A DNA stretch of 64,000 nucleotides from Oedothorax gibbosus (Eukaryota), in assembly GCA_019343175.1 (NCBI GenBank), contig JAFNEN010000097.1, forward strand, positions 29,448-93,447, in the 5' to 3' direction. How positions within the stretch are numbered: position 1 is the first letter of the stretch; each line of letters begins with the position of its first letter. The notes beneath the pieces are model-generated. The model ran no database searches, was not told where the DNA came from, and worked only from the letters and a program-made list of their open reading frames with translations. A program made the position numbers and the translations under genes. Of the stretch, positions 37,456-48,850 are shown piece after piece.

Positions 37456-38628
37456 GAGAAAAATTTAACTACATAAATGCATGCAATTTTAAAATTATTT
37501 CACATTGGCTATTCGCGCCTGTACGACGTCGTAAAATTAATTAAAAAGTATGAATTAGCTTCGGTGAAGTTTTAAATATTAAATCGTTTAATTATTTAAT
37601 TGGTGAGCTTTTAACATGTCGTATTTAATTTGTTAGTTAGTTTCGACAAATTGTTTATATGTTAGCTACATCGAATCTTCGAACATTTTTGTGATTTTTT
37701 TTTTAACTTTCATGAAATATATTGTTAATACTTGTTCCAAACCTGTTATTGAATCCACTAATTTCTTAAAAACTAATTTTTGTGCAATTAGTTTTGTATT
37801 TAGTACATTTTTTATTATTTAAATTTTTACAAATTAAATAAATGTTAAATTTAATATTCCGAAGCTAATAGTTTAATTTCTGTACAGCAAATAATGTGAT
37901 TGATTAAATTATTTTTGTAGTTAAATTTTAAATAAAAACATTCTAGAATGGGGTTGTTTCACGTCGTGGATGACAACAGCTCCAACGGTTTGTTTCATTT
38001 GTTGTTTAAAACATTTGTTAAAGAAAGCTTGCATAGAAAGAAAAATTTCTTTCATCTATATCGGTCTTTTTGAGAGTGAAACCGAAGCAACCAATGATAT
38101 TATCGCAGGACGCAAATTAATGATAACAAGAGCGTTACATCATGTGAAACATTCCAATTAATTGATTTTGTCCTATTTATTGCACGTAATTTTTATTTAA
38201 AAAATAAAGTATTAATTATCGATTTAACAATACGAACATTAGTTATGTAAAATAAAAACTAATTAAAGTTTATAAATAGTATTTAGTAAAAAAATTAATA
38301 GTTAAAATCTGTATTTACTATGGTGAATTCAATTAAAAAATGAAAATAGTTTTAATTAAAGATAATTTTAATAAAAAAATTTTAATTTAAAATAGTTCTA
38401 ATTAAATATAATTTTATATAAAACTATTTTTAATTAGAAATAATTGTAATTAAAAGTAAATTCAATTAAAAATATTTTTAATTGGAAACAATTCTAATAA
38501 AAAAATTAATAAAATTAGTATTAAAAAATTGCCTCCCCCCCCAGAAACTATTTCTAGTTGCGCCCCACCACGATTGTTATGTGCCCCCTCCCCCTTCCCC
38601 CCCGGGCGAATTTCTGGATCCGCCACTG

Positions 38629-38745
38629 GTTGGGTGCCTACTCAGGTGTCGGATCGTCACTTGATTATGGTTCTAAAATTATGAAAAACGTCGCCAATAG
38701 CCCTCGTGTAGCTCTAGTACGACGATATTTCAAACTAACCTAACC
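38629..38745 (+). mobile_element. SINE family A, 3' part (body and tail) of the copy split by the hAT-like insertion
   Basis: gttgggtgcctactcaggtgtcggatcgtcacttgattatggttctaaaattatgaaaaacgtcgccaatagccctcgtgtagctctagtacgacgat...caaactaacctaacc is the reverse complement of 12820-12925. Confidence 0.8.
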
Positions 38746-40189
38746 TTTTGTTGCAAGAAACGCCTAAGAAAAGAGCAGCTTCGGTAGAATAACCTCGCGA
38801 TTGACATCAGCGCCATCTGTAAATGAAACGTTTGAAGAACACTTTTTTCCCCAGGAATACTATTGCGCTTGACACACTACCTCTTCTAGCAACTACTTGG
38901 AAGTTCTGGTTCCAGCAAAAACAAAGAGAACCAATATGGATGTCATGACAATAACTAACTGATCTCGAATACACTGTTATAGATCTTATTCCTTATAATA
39001 AATTTAAAATAATATAGTTTATAATGCCTAATTACCCCAATTTTACTATCTCTCCATGAACTGTTTTTTAAGGTAAATATTTTATGTGTCTTGATTTTAA
39101 TTAAATTTGTATATTTATCTAACATATCGGACACGTTTATAATTTCATAAAATGAGTTATTTTTTGGTTCAATCTAAGACTATAAACTCAATCTAAAAAA
39201 CGTATACGGCGACATTTTAGGAAATTTGGTGACAGTAAATGAACGATAAATCATTCATTCCGGCTTAAATACTTTAAAAACGATTTCCTTATGTTAAAAT
39301 TACTTTGGACATCTCGAATATATATCTTATTCCTAGTTATACTCATTTTCTGCTATTGCAGTAGGCAGCATTACCAAAACGTCATAATGTTGTTAAAAAA
39401 AACTGGTTTAGATGATATTTTGTCTTGTATGCTGAGAAATTAAGTGTAATTGTGGGACATGAATTTAATGTGATTCCCGAATAGAGTAAAGCATTAGTTC
39501 TACTGAACGAAAAGTTTGGACACAACATTTGTTTCAGTAAGGTAAAAATAATATAACATTTAATTAAAACAAATGTAATTCCAGAAGGACCAAAAATGGA
39601 TATAATACCTCCGGAACTGTTGCCACACATGACGTGAAACATGCCTATTGCAGTTAATATGTCCAAAGCTTTTAGAATTATTTCACTGGTCAATTTCAAA
39701 TGTGGGTCACATAACAAAGAGGCGGTCATAGTGTTTTTGGGTTAATAATAATCGAACGGTGCTTCTTTCGCAAAGGATTTGGTGCCTTTGTAGGGAGCGA
39801 TAAACTTTTTTTTTTGGTGATAACAGCATTTTCTGGCAAAATGTATTGTGGTGTTTACGCGCATTGTAATTTCTTTTTTATATGTTTTTTCGTCATTTCA
39901 TAGAGTTTTGTTTTATGAGTAGGTTTGGTTTTTGAACGTCTGATTATTATGGATGATACATATTTGAATTCATGTTTTTTTCTAGATTTGAAGAGGGCTG
40001 GTCACTTAACAGTTATTCAGTTTTGTATTTCTTCAGCTAGGTTTCTTTACAAAGCAAAACTAACTTTTTTAGTTTTGTTCATAAAACTAAATTAATTATT
40101 TTTTGGTTTTGTTTTGTAAACAAAGTTGTCCGAACCCAAACAAAACTAACCAAAGTTACTTAGAGACAAAACAAACCTAAACAAAATTG

Positions 40190-40400
40190 CCTGGTGCCTC
40201 AAATGGTTGTTTAGGCTTTCAATGAGTCAGCCTACAATACTGCCCCATGTTGGATATTAATGTTTTTTTAGAGAAAACAAAAGTGCCCGGTGCCCCAAAC
40301 AAGTGTTGTTTAGGCTTTCATTGGGCCCTACAATGCTGCCCCATGTTGGATACTGCAGTGCTTTTTAGAGAAAACAAAATCGCCCAGATACCCACTGCCA
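40190..40400. repeat. Tandem repeat, ~95-bp unit x ~2.3
   Basis: gcc(t/c)ggtgcc(t/c)caaa..gttgtttaggctttca(a/t)tg(a/g)g..cctacaat(a)ctgccccatgttggata(tt/ct)..tttttagagaaaacaaaa is repeated. Confidence 0.85.
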
Positions 40401-41150
40401 CTACTAGTCCATTATGTAGTGAGTTTGGTTTGCTTTGTCATAGCAGCCCTAGTATAGCACTTACAACCAATTCAATTTAACTCTGGTTAATGTATCAACA
40501 TGAAAAATTATTACAACAGAACAACACGCCAGTTTCGCCAAGTTAGCGAGTTTTTTAAAACACGTCAAGCAGTACTGTAGGATTAAAATTTACCTGTTAT
40601 TGCTAAATGCTTGAGCCAACGTGTGTGAAGTCAAAGCTTTTTAGTTAAGTTTTTTGCCCTTACTTGTATACATACTTTTGTGAAAGTTTTAAAGAATTTT
40701 CACTATTTTACAAATTAGGGTGGCTAAAAATAGAACTAAATTTCTTGCACTTAGCGCTTGATGCCTAATAGATATAGAAATTAAATTTTAATGACATATC
40801 ATTTGAAAAACTATGCACTTTTTTGGATAGAAAGGAATAAATTCAGCATAAAGTAGTCATTTTTTTAAATGCATAAAATTACCCAGGTGTACGAATACTT
40901 TTGACTGCCTCTATTTGTTGCAAACTTACACATGCATAATATCTATTTAAGCTTCCTTGGTTCTCAACTTGTAGTATTTAGCAAGCACCTGCTGAGCTAG
41001 AGGAAAATTATCCTAGGCATTTCGAAAAGAGTCAATATTGCAATGCTTCATTAGTTCACTTAACCACTATGCTGCACCAAGGCTCTCTAAATACGAATGT
41101 CACCTTAAAAAATGTTTTTTAGCTTTGTTTTTGTCTTGACGGGTGTTTTT

Positions 41151-42267
41151 TTTCATTACATAGGATACGGCGAAATGAATGGGTGCATCAAATGCAAAAT
41201 AAATTACAGTCAAATTTGTTTACAGAATCCCTCCGAATTTTTGCTCATACAGACTTTATTTGATATTATAAACATAAGGGTGGGAGGAGATGATAAGTTT
41301 CAAGGTTTTTGCACCTATATTAGCAGCTTAATACCCCTTTGTTAAGTAGAATAGTTCTCAATGCAAGAGGTGCAGAAGAAAGAGCAATAAATTCCTTGTA
41401 TTTTATCCTTTATTGTTTTAAAAGCTGTAGAATAACAAAAATTAGTATTAGTGATAAATCTACAACTGAATGCTCTACAACTCTGCCTTGTAAATGCATT
41501 AATAGCGCTAATACCTTCCGTTATATTTGTGGCAAAGTACTACCATTTTCTGCCCAAAAAAAGGAGCATCACTGCAAGTTAAGAAAGCGTTTCATTTGTA
41601 GTTTTGTTACAAGATAGGGGACCAGGAAAAATACTGGGTCCCTTAAGTGTAGTAAAACTTGTATAGCAAATTTGTCACTTCGGCTTCATAGGGGAAAAAG
41701 GTTATTCCACTTTCTGGGAAGAAAAATGTATGCCTTTTTATGGAAGGAGAGGGAATGCCATTTTTTGATTTGGAGGAAACCAACAAATCATGTTAAGGAC
41801 TGTTATTTCTGCATCATCTCATCAGTTAAAGGAGGTATTATTTAGAAAAAGATAACAATTAAATCACCTAAAATTTCTTCTATGCTGCGTCCGTTTCAAC
41901 ATGACAAGGGACTCCCTGCTCCAATATATATATATATATATATATAAAGTTTTAATGAGGATAATAGCCATGTGTCTTCTAAACATGCTAAAGCTTCTAA
42001 AAACAAGCATGGACGAAATGTAAGGAATTTATTGCTCTTTTTTTCTGCACCTCTTGACGTGAGAAGGATTCTGCTTAACGAAGGGGTATTAAACTGCTAA
42101 TATGGGTGCAAAAACCTTGAAAATTATCATCTCCCACCCCTATGTTTATAATATCAAATAAAATATGCATGAGCAAAAATTCGGAGGGCTTCTCTATAAA
42201 CAATATTGATTGCAATTTATTTTGCGTTTGGTGCGCCCGTTCATTTTGTTGTATCCTATGTAATGAA
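41151..42267. mobile_element. Long-inverted-repeat element (~1.1 kb): ~260-bp arms flanking a ~600-bp spacer containing a (TA)10 tract
   Basis: 41151-41412 (..cattacataggatacggcgaaatgaatgggtgcatcaaatgcaaaataaattacagtcaaatttg...gcacctatattagcagcttaatacccc...) is the reverse complement of 42021-42267, apart from small indels near the inner ends. (TA)n at 41927-41946. Confidence 0.8.
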
Positions 42268-43228
42268 ATAAACGACCATAACTCAAAAACTAGAGCTAAC
42301 TAGCATTTTTAAGGTGATATTCCTATTTTGCACATTAAAATCATTCAGAATTGGGTATTTTCATCTCAGTCACAGGAAATTTTTGAAATTTTGTTGTCTA
42401 GTGTAATCAGTAAACATGAGAAAAGCTGCTCTGTATATGTGAATTTGGTCTTCTAACGAAGAAATTAACAATTACGTAAAAAACATATTGCACACTGGTC
42501 TTAAACAAAAAGCATTTACGCAATTATGAACATATACCTAAATGGAAAGGCCCTTTCAGATTTCTGTGCAAACATTTCAGTAAAATATTGGCTTTATTGT
42601 GGAAATTACAAACGTCTTATTTGATTCAGTGAAAAAAACGTAGTACCCTCCGATAAATTGACATTCCATATAACTTGACCTTTGTCATTTAAATTATTTC
42701 ATAATACTAGTTTACTATTAGTAACATATTTCTTTTATTACTGTATAATGTAATCGTGGTAACTTATTCATTGTACAATTTATATAAGTGTTTGCAATAA
42801 ATCAGAGAATATGATTCTTTTATTTATTTAGAAGTTGTTTGTATAATTAGAGTTTGACAGGTTAGTTTCAAACGAGGACGGGTACATTGTTGAAAAAGAC
42901 GTCCTTGGGGGCAGGTAAAGTTTCTGAGTTTTTTTAGCCCTATGTTGCACTTTCCTTAAAATTAATAATTTTTTTTTAGATTTTTAAGATCAGAGTGGTC
43001 CAAACCCTGTTTTTACTTTGGTCTCTCCCTGTGTACTGCCTAATTGCAATCAAGACATTATTTATGCAAGATAATATGTGTTGTAAGGTGTTACAAGTTG
43101 TGAAAAGCTAATTACATATTTAAAAGTAGTTTTTGAGAAGTGTAAAAAAATCTTTAAAAAATTTAATCAGAAGATATTTTTCGACACGAGTGTATTTAGT
43201 CTCTCCCTCTAATGTTGTGTAATCGTGA

Positions 43229-43388
43229 GTAACGCCGCCTAGCGGTAGGCCAAGTAAACTATAGGTAAAATACCACACCCTAACGGCAAAATTATATATT
43301 CCATTCCATCACTAGCCAGGAAGCATAATTTTGCCGTTAGGACGTGGCATTTTACAAAGTTTACTTGGCTACCGCTAGGCAGCGTTAC
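43229..43388. mobile_element. Small foldback MITE (~160 bp)
   Basis: gtaacgccgcctagcggtaggccaagtaaactataggtaaaataccacaccctaacggcaaaattat pairs with ataattttgccgttaggacgtggcattttacaaagtttacttggctaccgctaggcagcgttac. Confidence 0.75.
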
Positions 43389-45346
43389 ACATAATTATAC
43401 AAATGTGTTGCCCCTCAATACAACACATCCACCCAATGCAAAAAAAAAAATTACACCAAACATATAAACAGTAGCCAATTTCTAATAAATTTATACAGAG
43501 ATAAGAGAGCTGTTAAAAAAAACTCAGTTTAGTACAAAATATAAGTAGGTTTCTAAGTGTGTAGTTATTTAATCTGTTTTATTTTTAATAGTTATTTTGA
43601 AAAATTGTCCTATAATGGTCATTTGTTGTATTACAACTATATGTTTGTTGTGGAAGTAGTCATTTTAAGATGTAACCCACTGTTTCAATTGACTGACCAA
43701 TAAAAACAAAGTGTTGTTGAACCGAATTGTTCTGTGGACCATTCTCGAGAACCAACCATGTTTTCTTTCAATAGATTATACTAGTTTAAAAGGAACCTAA
43801 TGTGGCATTAAAAATATTTTAGCTATAAATTACAGTTATTTAAACTTTTTTTTCTGGGAGTACAAGCACATTCATTATTTGGATGGAGTATACAATTTTA
43901 ACGTACATTGTCTATAAGCTAAACTGTCCCTTTGCCATCCCTTTTCAAGTACTCAAAAATTTCATATTCAATATCCTACATGCAGTACATAGACATTGTG
44001 ATTTGCCTGTATTTTTTTCCTTTACATTTCAATAAATTGGGTCAGAAACAGGAAGATAAGGTTAAGGCAATAATTATATTATTTCATTAGTTTTACTTAG
44101 CAAATAGGCTATAAGTGGTCTGTTTTTAATGTATCATTATTAGAAGTGTAGAGAAAAGATGGGAATTTGATATTGTTTTGGTTTTAATGATCACTGTCAT
44201 CTTTTCAAAGCTACTAAAAAGTCTTATGAAAAGGTGATGTCTATAAAGTTATTATTACTTCCTGCCTAACAGCTCTGATGAGGCTGAGAGCAGGACATAC
44301 AAGGAGCCTAAGATTCAGGGTGAGAGAAAAGGGCTATGCCCCTTGCCATTGTGGAGCCACTGTTTATCTATCTCACATCTTAGTTTGAATTGGTGGCCCA
44401 TTGTTGAAGTGGTTGGTGAGGGGGGAATATATAGGAAAATTGTGGCAGCTTTATCTTTTGGACCTAGTCTAAGGATGCCTAACCTAGGGAGTGAGAAAGA
44501 AGATGTGCTTTTATATAATCTTATCAACAATATAATTTTACATTTACATATAAATAACTATATTTAAACAACTAACAATAATAATTTATAATAAAAATGT
44601 AATTTGTTTTTGTAATAAAACAAATTTTCAACCTAAAAGTACTCTTCACTCTCTAGTATTTGGTTGCTGTTCTTTACATATATTTTTTAAATTTTTACCA
44701 TCAGTAGGGTAGACCGGGGGAATCGCGCCACCTTAAGGGAAATTGAATTTTCATGCAGAGTTGTGTTAGAATAATTGTAAATTGTAACAAACATAGCATA
44801 CTACATTTCATAACCTATCTTGTAGTGATTTTTTAAACTTGAAATCTTTAATAATAACTGAATAAAATTGTTTTTTCTAAAAGCTTGCAGAGTGGCGGTA
44901 TTACCCCTGGGTTTATGCCGCTAGGGGTTATGCCGCCACCCATCAAAACACAGCAAATAATCTATGAATAATGGCAAAGGATGTAATAAAGCACAACATA
45001 TAGCACTAAAATAGGTTGAATTAAATGAAGAATTTAATTAAGAAGTTTAACAAATATCGCACGTGTAAAAAATGGCTATTACTTGTCTCTGCTATGGTCT
45101 CTGCCATAGTCTTACTATTTTTAACAAAGTAATAAGTGTAATAAATGACTATTAGTTAGTCTATGCCATATTATACTTTAAATAAAAATTGTGTTGGCCT
45201 AGTAAATGGCTATTAAGTCTCCGTAGTTCTACTCTGAGCAAAAATCTCAAAGAAAAGGATTGGCATAACCCCGGTAAGACATAATGGCGTAGACGGCTTG
45301 TTTAGGGGAAGGTACATAGCCTAGCGTCCAAACTAACAATGTGATA

Positions 45347-48129
45347 GTCATTCCACGTCAAATCAACACACTCATTAAACATCACCGTCTCAGATTTTGC
45401 TGAAATTTGGAACAACAGTAGTGTTTATATAGTTATTTGTGAAATGAAAATTTTTATTCACAAATATTGATCTGTTTAAAAAATATGGCACTTTAAAAGT
45501 TCAAAAAATTGGTCAAAAAACCGCATCCGACCAATTTTCAAATTGACCTAGAAGCTTTCCTAATTAAGCTAGAGACCTGGGATAGGTGTCATCTGACAGA
45601 GATTTGTATGAACTTTTTAATGATATGTAACACACTTAGTATATATAAGATTTTATTTAAATTAAAATTTAATTAAATTTTAAAATTTAAATTTTTTAAA
45701 AAAATACATAATTTAAACTTTCGAAATTAATTACACGAATAGTTAGGACTCTTTCACATCATCTGACAAAATATCATGTTGGGATGAAAATGGGTTCATT
45801 GATAAAAAAATTCAAAACTAAAGCTTGTTTTTCATCAATAATTGTTTTTAATAATAAACTTGATCAACTAATTTTAAAAATGACCTAGATGGTTTCCTAA
45901 TTAATTTAGAAATGGTGTTAAGTGCTAGTTTACAGCAATTTATAAGAAAAATTTTAATAAAATATAACACACTCAGATTATAGAAGATTTTATTTAAATT
46001 AAAATTGAATTTTAATTTTTTTTTTTTAAAATGCTCTTAAAATTTTAAAATTATTTTTATGAATAGTTGGTATTTTTTTAAACAATATATGGGTAAAATA
46101 TCATTCTGGTATAAGAATTGGTTCATTGCTAAAAAAAATCAGAACTGAAGATTGTTTTTCATTAATAAATGTTTTCACTATTAACCTCGATCAAGCAATT
46201 TTTAAAATGACCTAGGAGGTTTCCTAATTCAGCGATAAACCTGTGGTAGGTTACATTTTACAACAATTTGTAAGACCTTTCTAATGACATGTAACAAATT
46301 TAGAATATAAAAGATTTAAATTAAATTACAAATAAAAAAGAAACAGTGGAGCTTGTTTATCATTATTGTTAGTTAATAATTCAGCTTAGGAATAACACAA
46401 GAATACTAATATTAACACTACCTTTATAATAAATCTGAATGATAACCTGAAGAAAGTTTCATTTGTAGTTTGAAAAAGCCACATTTGTTTGGAAGACATC
46501 ACTTTGAAGTAGAACATAACTTCTTCCAGTGGGAGTCACAGGATTAACTTTTGCTAGAATGTCCACTACTGACACCCACAAAACATCAGCGTTTCTTGGA
46601 TACGAGAATGATGCAGCTGGCCCAAATGGGTGAAGAAAAGTTGTCTTTACCTCATCAAGTTCATTTTTCTCCAATCTCTGTCTCTTTACTGAGCCTCCAA
46701 CTCCGTCGCAAGGCCCTTTACCATGCGATGTGGCTGAAAAGTGCCACTCTGCTTTTACATTAAAATCTGTCCCGGTGTATGCAGGAAACTGGTGGCTCGG
46801 GTACGTTTTGGAGAAAAATGAACTTAATGAGGTAAAGATAACTTTTCTTCACCCATTTGGGCCAGCTGCATCATTCTCGTATCCAAGAAACGCTGATGTT
46901 TTGTGGATGTCAGTAGTGGACATTCTAGCAAAAGTTAATCCCGTGACTCCCACTGGAAGAAGTTATGTTCCACTTCAAAGTGATGTCGTCCAAACAAATG
47001 TGGCTTTTTCAAACTACAAATGAAACTTTCTTCCGGTTATCATTCAGATTTATTATAAAGGTAGTGTTAATATTAGTATTCTTGTGTTATTCCTAAGCTG
47101 AATTATTAACTAACAATAATGATAAACAAGCTCACTGTTTCTTTTTTATTTGCAGTTTACTTTAAATCTTTTATATTCTAAATTTGTTACATGTCATTAG
47201 AAAGGTCTTACAAATTGTTGTAAAATGAAACCTACCACAGGTTTATCGCTGAATTAGGAAACCTCCTAGGTCATTTTGAAAATTGCTTGATCAAGGTTAA
47301 TAGTGAAAACATTTATTAATGAAAAACAATCTTCAGTTTTGATTTTTTTTAGCAATGAACCAATTCTTATACCAGAATATTTTACCCATATATTGTTAAA
47401 AAAATACCAACTATTCATGAAAATAATTTTAAAATTTTAAGTATGATTTTTAAAAAAAAAATTAAAATTCAATTTTAATTTAAATCTTAATCTGAGTGTG
47501 TTATATTTTATTAAAATTGTCTTATAAATTGCTGTAAACTAGCACTTAACACCATTTCTAAATTAATTAGGAAACCATCTAGGTCATTTTTAAAATTAGT
47601 TAATCAAGTTTATTAATAAAAACAATTATTTATGAAAAACAAGCTTTAGTTTTGAATTTATTTATCAATGAACCCATTCTCATCCCAACATGATATTTTG
47701 TCAGATGATGTGAAAAAGTCCTAACTATTCGTGTAATTAATTTCGAAAGTTTAAATTATGTACTTTTTTAAAAAATTTAAATTTTAAAATTTAATTAAAT
47801 TTTAATTTAAATAAAATCTTCTATATTCTAAGTGTGTTACATATCATTAAAAAGTTTATACAAATCTCTGTCAGATGACACCTATCCCAGGTCTCTAGCT
47901 TAATTAGGAAAGCTGTAGGTCAATTTGAAAATTGGTCGGATGCGGTTTTTTGACCAATTTTTTGAACTTTTAAAGTGCCATATTTTTTAAACGGATCAAT
48001 ATTTGTGAATAAAAATTTTCATTTCACAAATAACTATATAAACACTACTGTTGTTCCAAATTTTAGCAAAATCTGAGACGGTGAGGTAGAATTTTGCCGA
48101 AAAGTGTGTTGAATTGACGCGGAATGACT
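45347..48129. mobile_element. Foldback-like giant palindrome (~2.8 kb): two ~1.35-kb inverted arms, each built from three ~330-bp tandem subrepeats plus a unique ORF-bearing inner segment, around a ~130-bp unique centre (46678-46806)
   Basis: Left arm 45347-46677 is the reverse complement of right arm 46807-48129 at high identity (for example gtcattccacgtcaaatcaacacac vs gtgtgttgaattgacgcggaatgac at the ends). Subrepeats begin with gacctag(a/g)(a/t)g(c/g)tttcctaatt at 45545, 45881 and 46210, mirrored at 47265, 47575 and 47915. Mirror-image ORFs of 71 and 97 aa sit at the inner ends. Confidence 0.8.
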
Positions 48130-48399
48130 CGATAACATAGCCAAATTATTGCTCTTTTCAATGATATGTAACCGATTTATCTAACTTAGGGATAACAGTC
48201 ACTTATTTCTGAGTTTCTGAAGATTCAAAATTAGATGAAACTCACTAAAAAACTTACTTTTTTTACAACGTTACACCAACACACCTTTTGGCCATAAGCC
48301 TCTCTATTACTGATTACTGTGTTTCCTGCTACAGGTCAGTGCTTACAGTACCCCCTCTACACACACCGCTGGCGAGATACAGGGCCCACACAGCCACTA

Positions 48400-48850
48400 T
48401 TGTCTACAAGATATCTATTGGTAATCTACATGATCCATTAGCCGTTCGAGATGTCTTTTGGACATCTATTGCATATCCGTCCACAAAATCTATTTTTTGG
48501 ATATCTATAAGATATCTATGTGTAGACTAATTTAGACTTAGACATTTGGGACTTCTAATGGATGTTCATCAACTCCTATTTATTTGACTTCGATATTATG
48601 GATAGCTAATAGATGCGCATGTCGTTATATTTTTCGACTTACCAAAATTATATTTCTATTGGACGTCTAAATCAAGGAGTTCCAAGATATTTGGTCTTTG
48701 TGTTAGATTCTTCATAAAAAGATAGATTTTCGGGAGCTTCAATTTTCTCACCTTTTCTTCACAAGAGCATATCCACGTTTATCCGATACACGTCTATCAT
48801 GTCTAATGATGTCTAAAAACGATGATGTCTGAAACATTTTTACTGCATTT
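48400..48850 (+). repeat. Degenerate short-motif repeat array (variants of ..GA(T/C)(G/A)TCTA(A/T)T(A/G)GAT..); related array at 58880-59210
   Basis: Recurring words such as tctattggtaatctac, ggacatctattgcatatccgtccac, gctaatagatgcgcatgtcg, tctattggacgtctaaat and catgtctaatgatgtctaaaaacgatgatgtctg. The same word family in the same orientation occurs at 58880-59210 (gatgtctaatagatatccacac, ggacctctaatagacg, cttatagatgtctactgg). Confidence 0.4.

Larger units (their letters stand above)
36014..38628. mobile_element. hAT-like non-autonomous DNA transposon (~2.6 kb) with 8-bp TSD GTTGGGTG and ~50-bp imperfect, G-run-rich TIRs
   Basis: Left terminus CATTGGCGGATCCAGGTGGGGGGGACCAGGGGGCAC. Reverse complement of the right terminus CAGTGGCGGATCCAGAAATTCGCCCGGGGGGGAAGGGGGAGGGGGCAC. 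The direct repeat gttgggtg at 36006-36013 and 38629-38636 matches the SINE sequence at the break. An 8-bp TSD and a CAGTG-type terminus are typical of the hAT superfamily. There is no transposase ORF inside. Confidence 0.7.

Noticed and set aside
38482-38743. Overlapping 60- and 61-aa ORFs rich in Pro
   Set aside because: They span the right hAT-like TIR (C-runs give poly-Pro) and the SINE 3' part. These are repeat artefacts.
44700-44940. Possible MITE with GGTGGCGG-containing ends related to the hAT-like TIR
   Set aside because: The inverted similarity is only about 8-10 bp (cgcgccacc / ggtggcg), too weak to call.
46459-47023. Mirrored 71-aa (-) and 97-aa (+) ORFs at the centre of the giant palindrome
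   Set aside because: I did not call these as genes. They are duplicated in inverse orientation as part of the palindrome arms, have no recognisable domain and are reported only within the foldback finding.
45314-48142. 8-bp direct repeat ACATAGCC on both sides of the giant palindrome as a possible TSD
   Set aside because: The repeat is not immediately adjacent to the inverted termini on both sides (it is 25 bp away on the left and 5 bp on the right), so it is probably coincidental.
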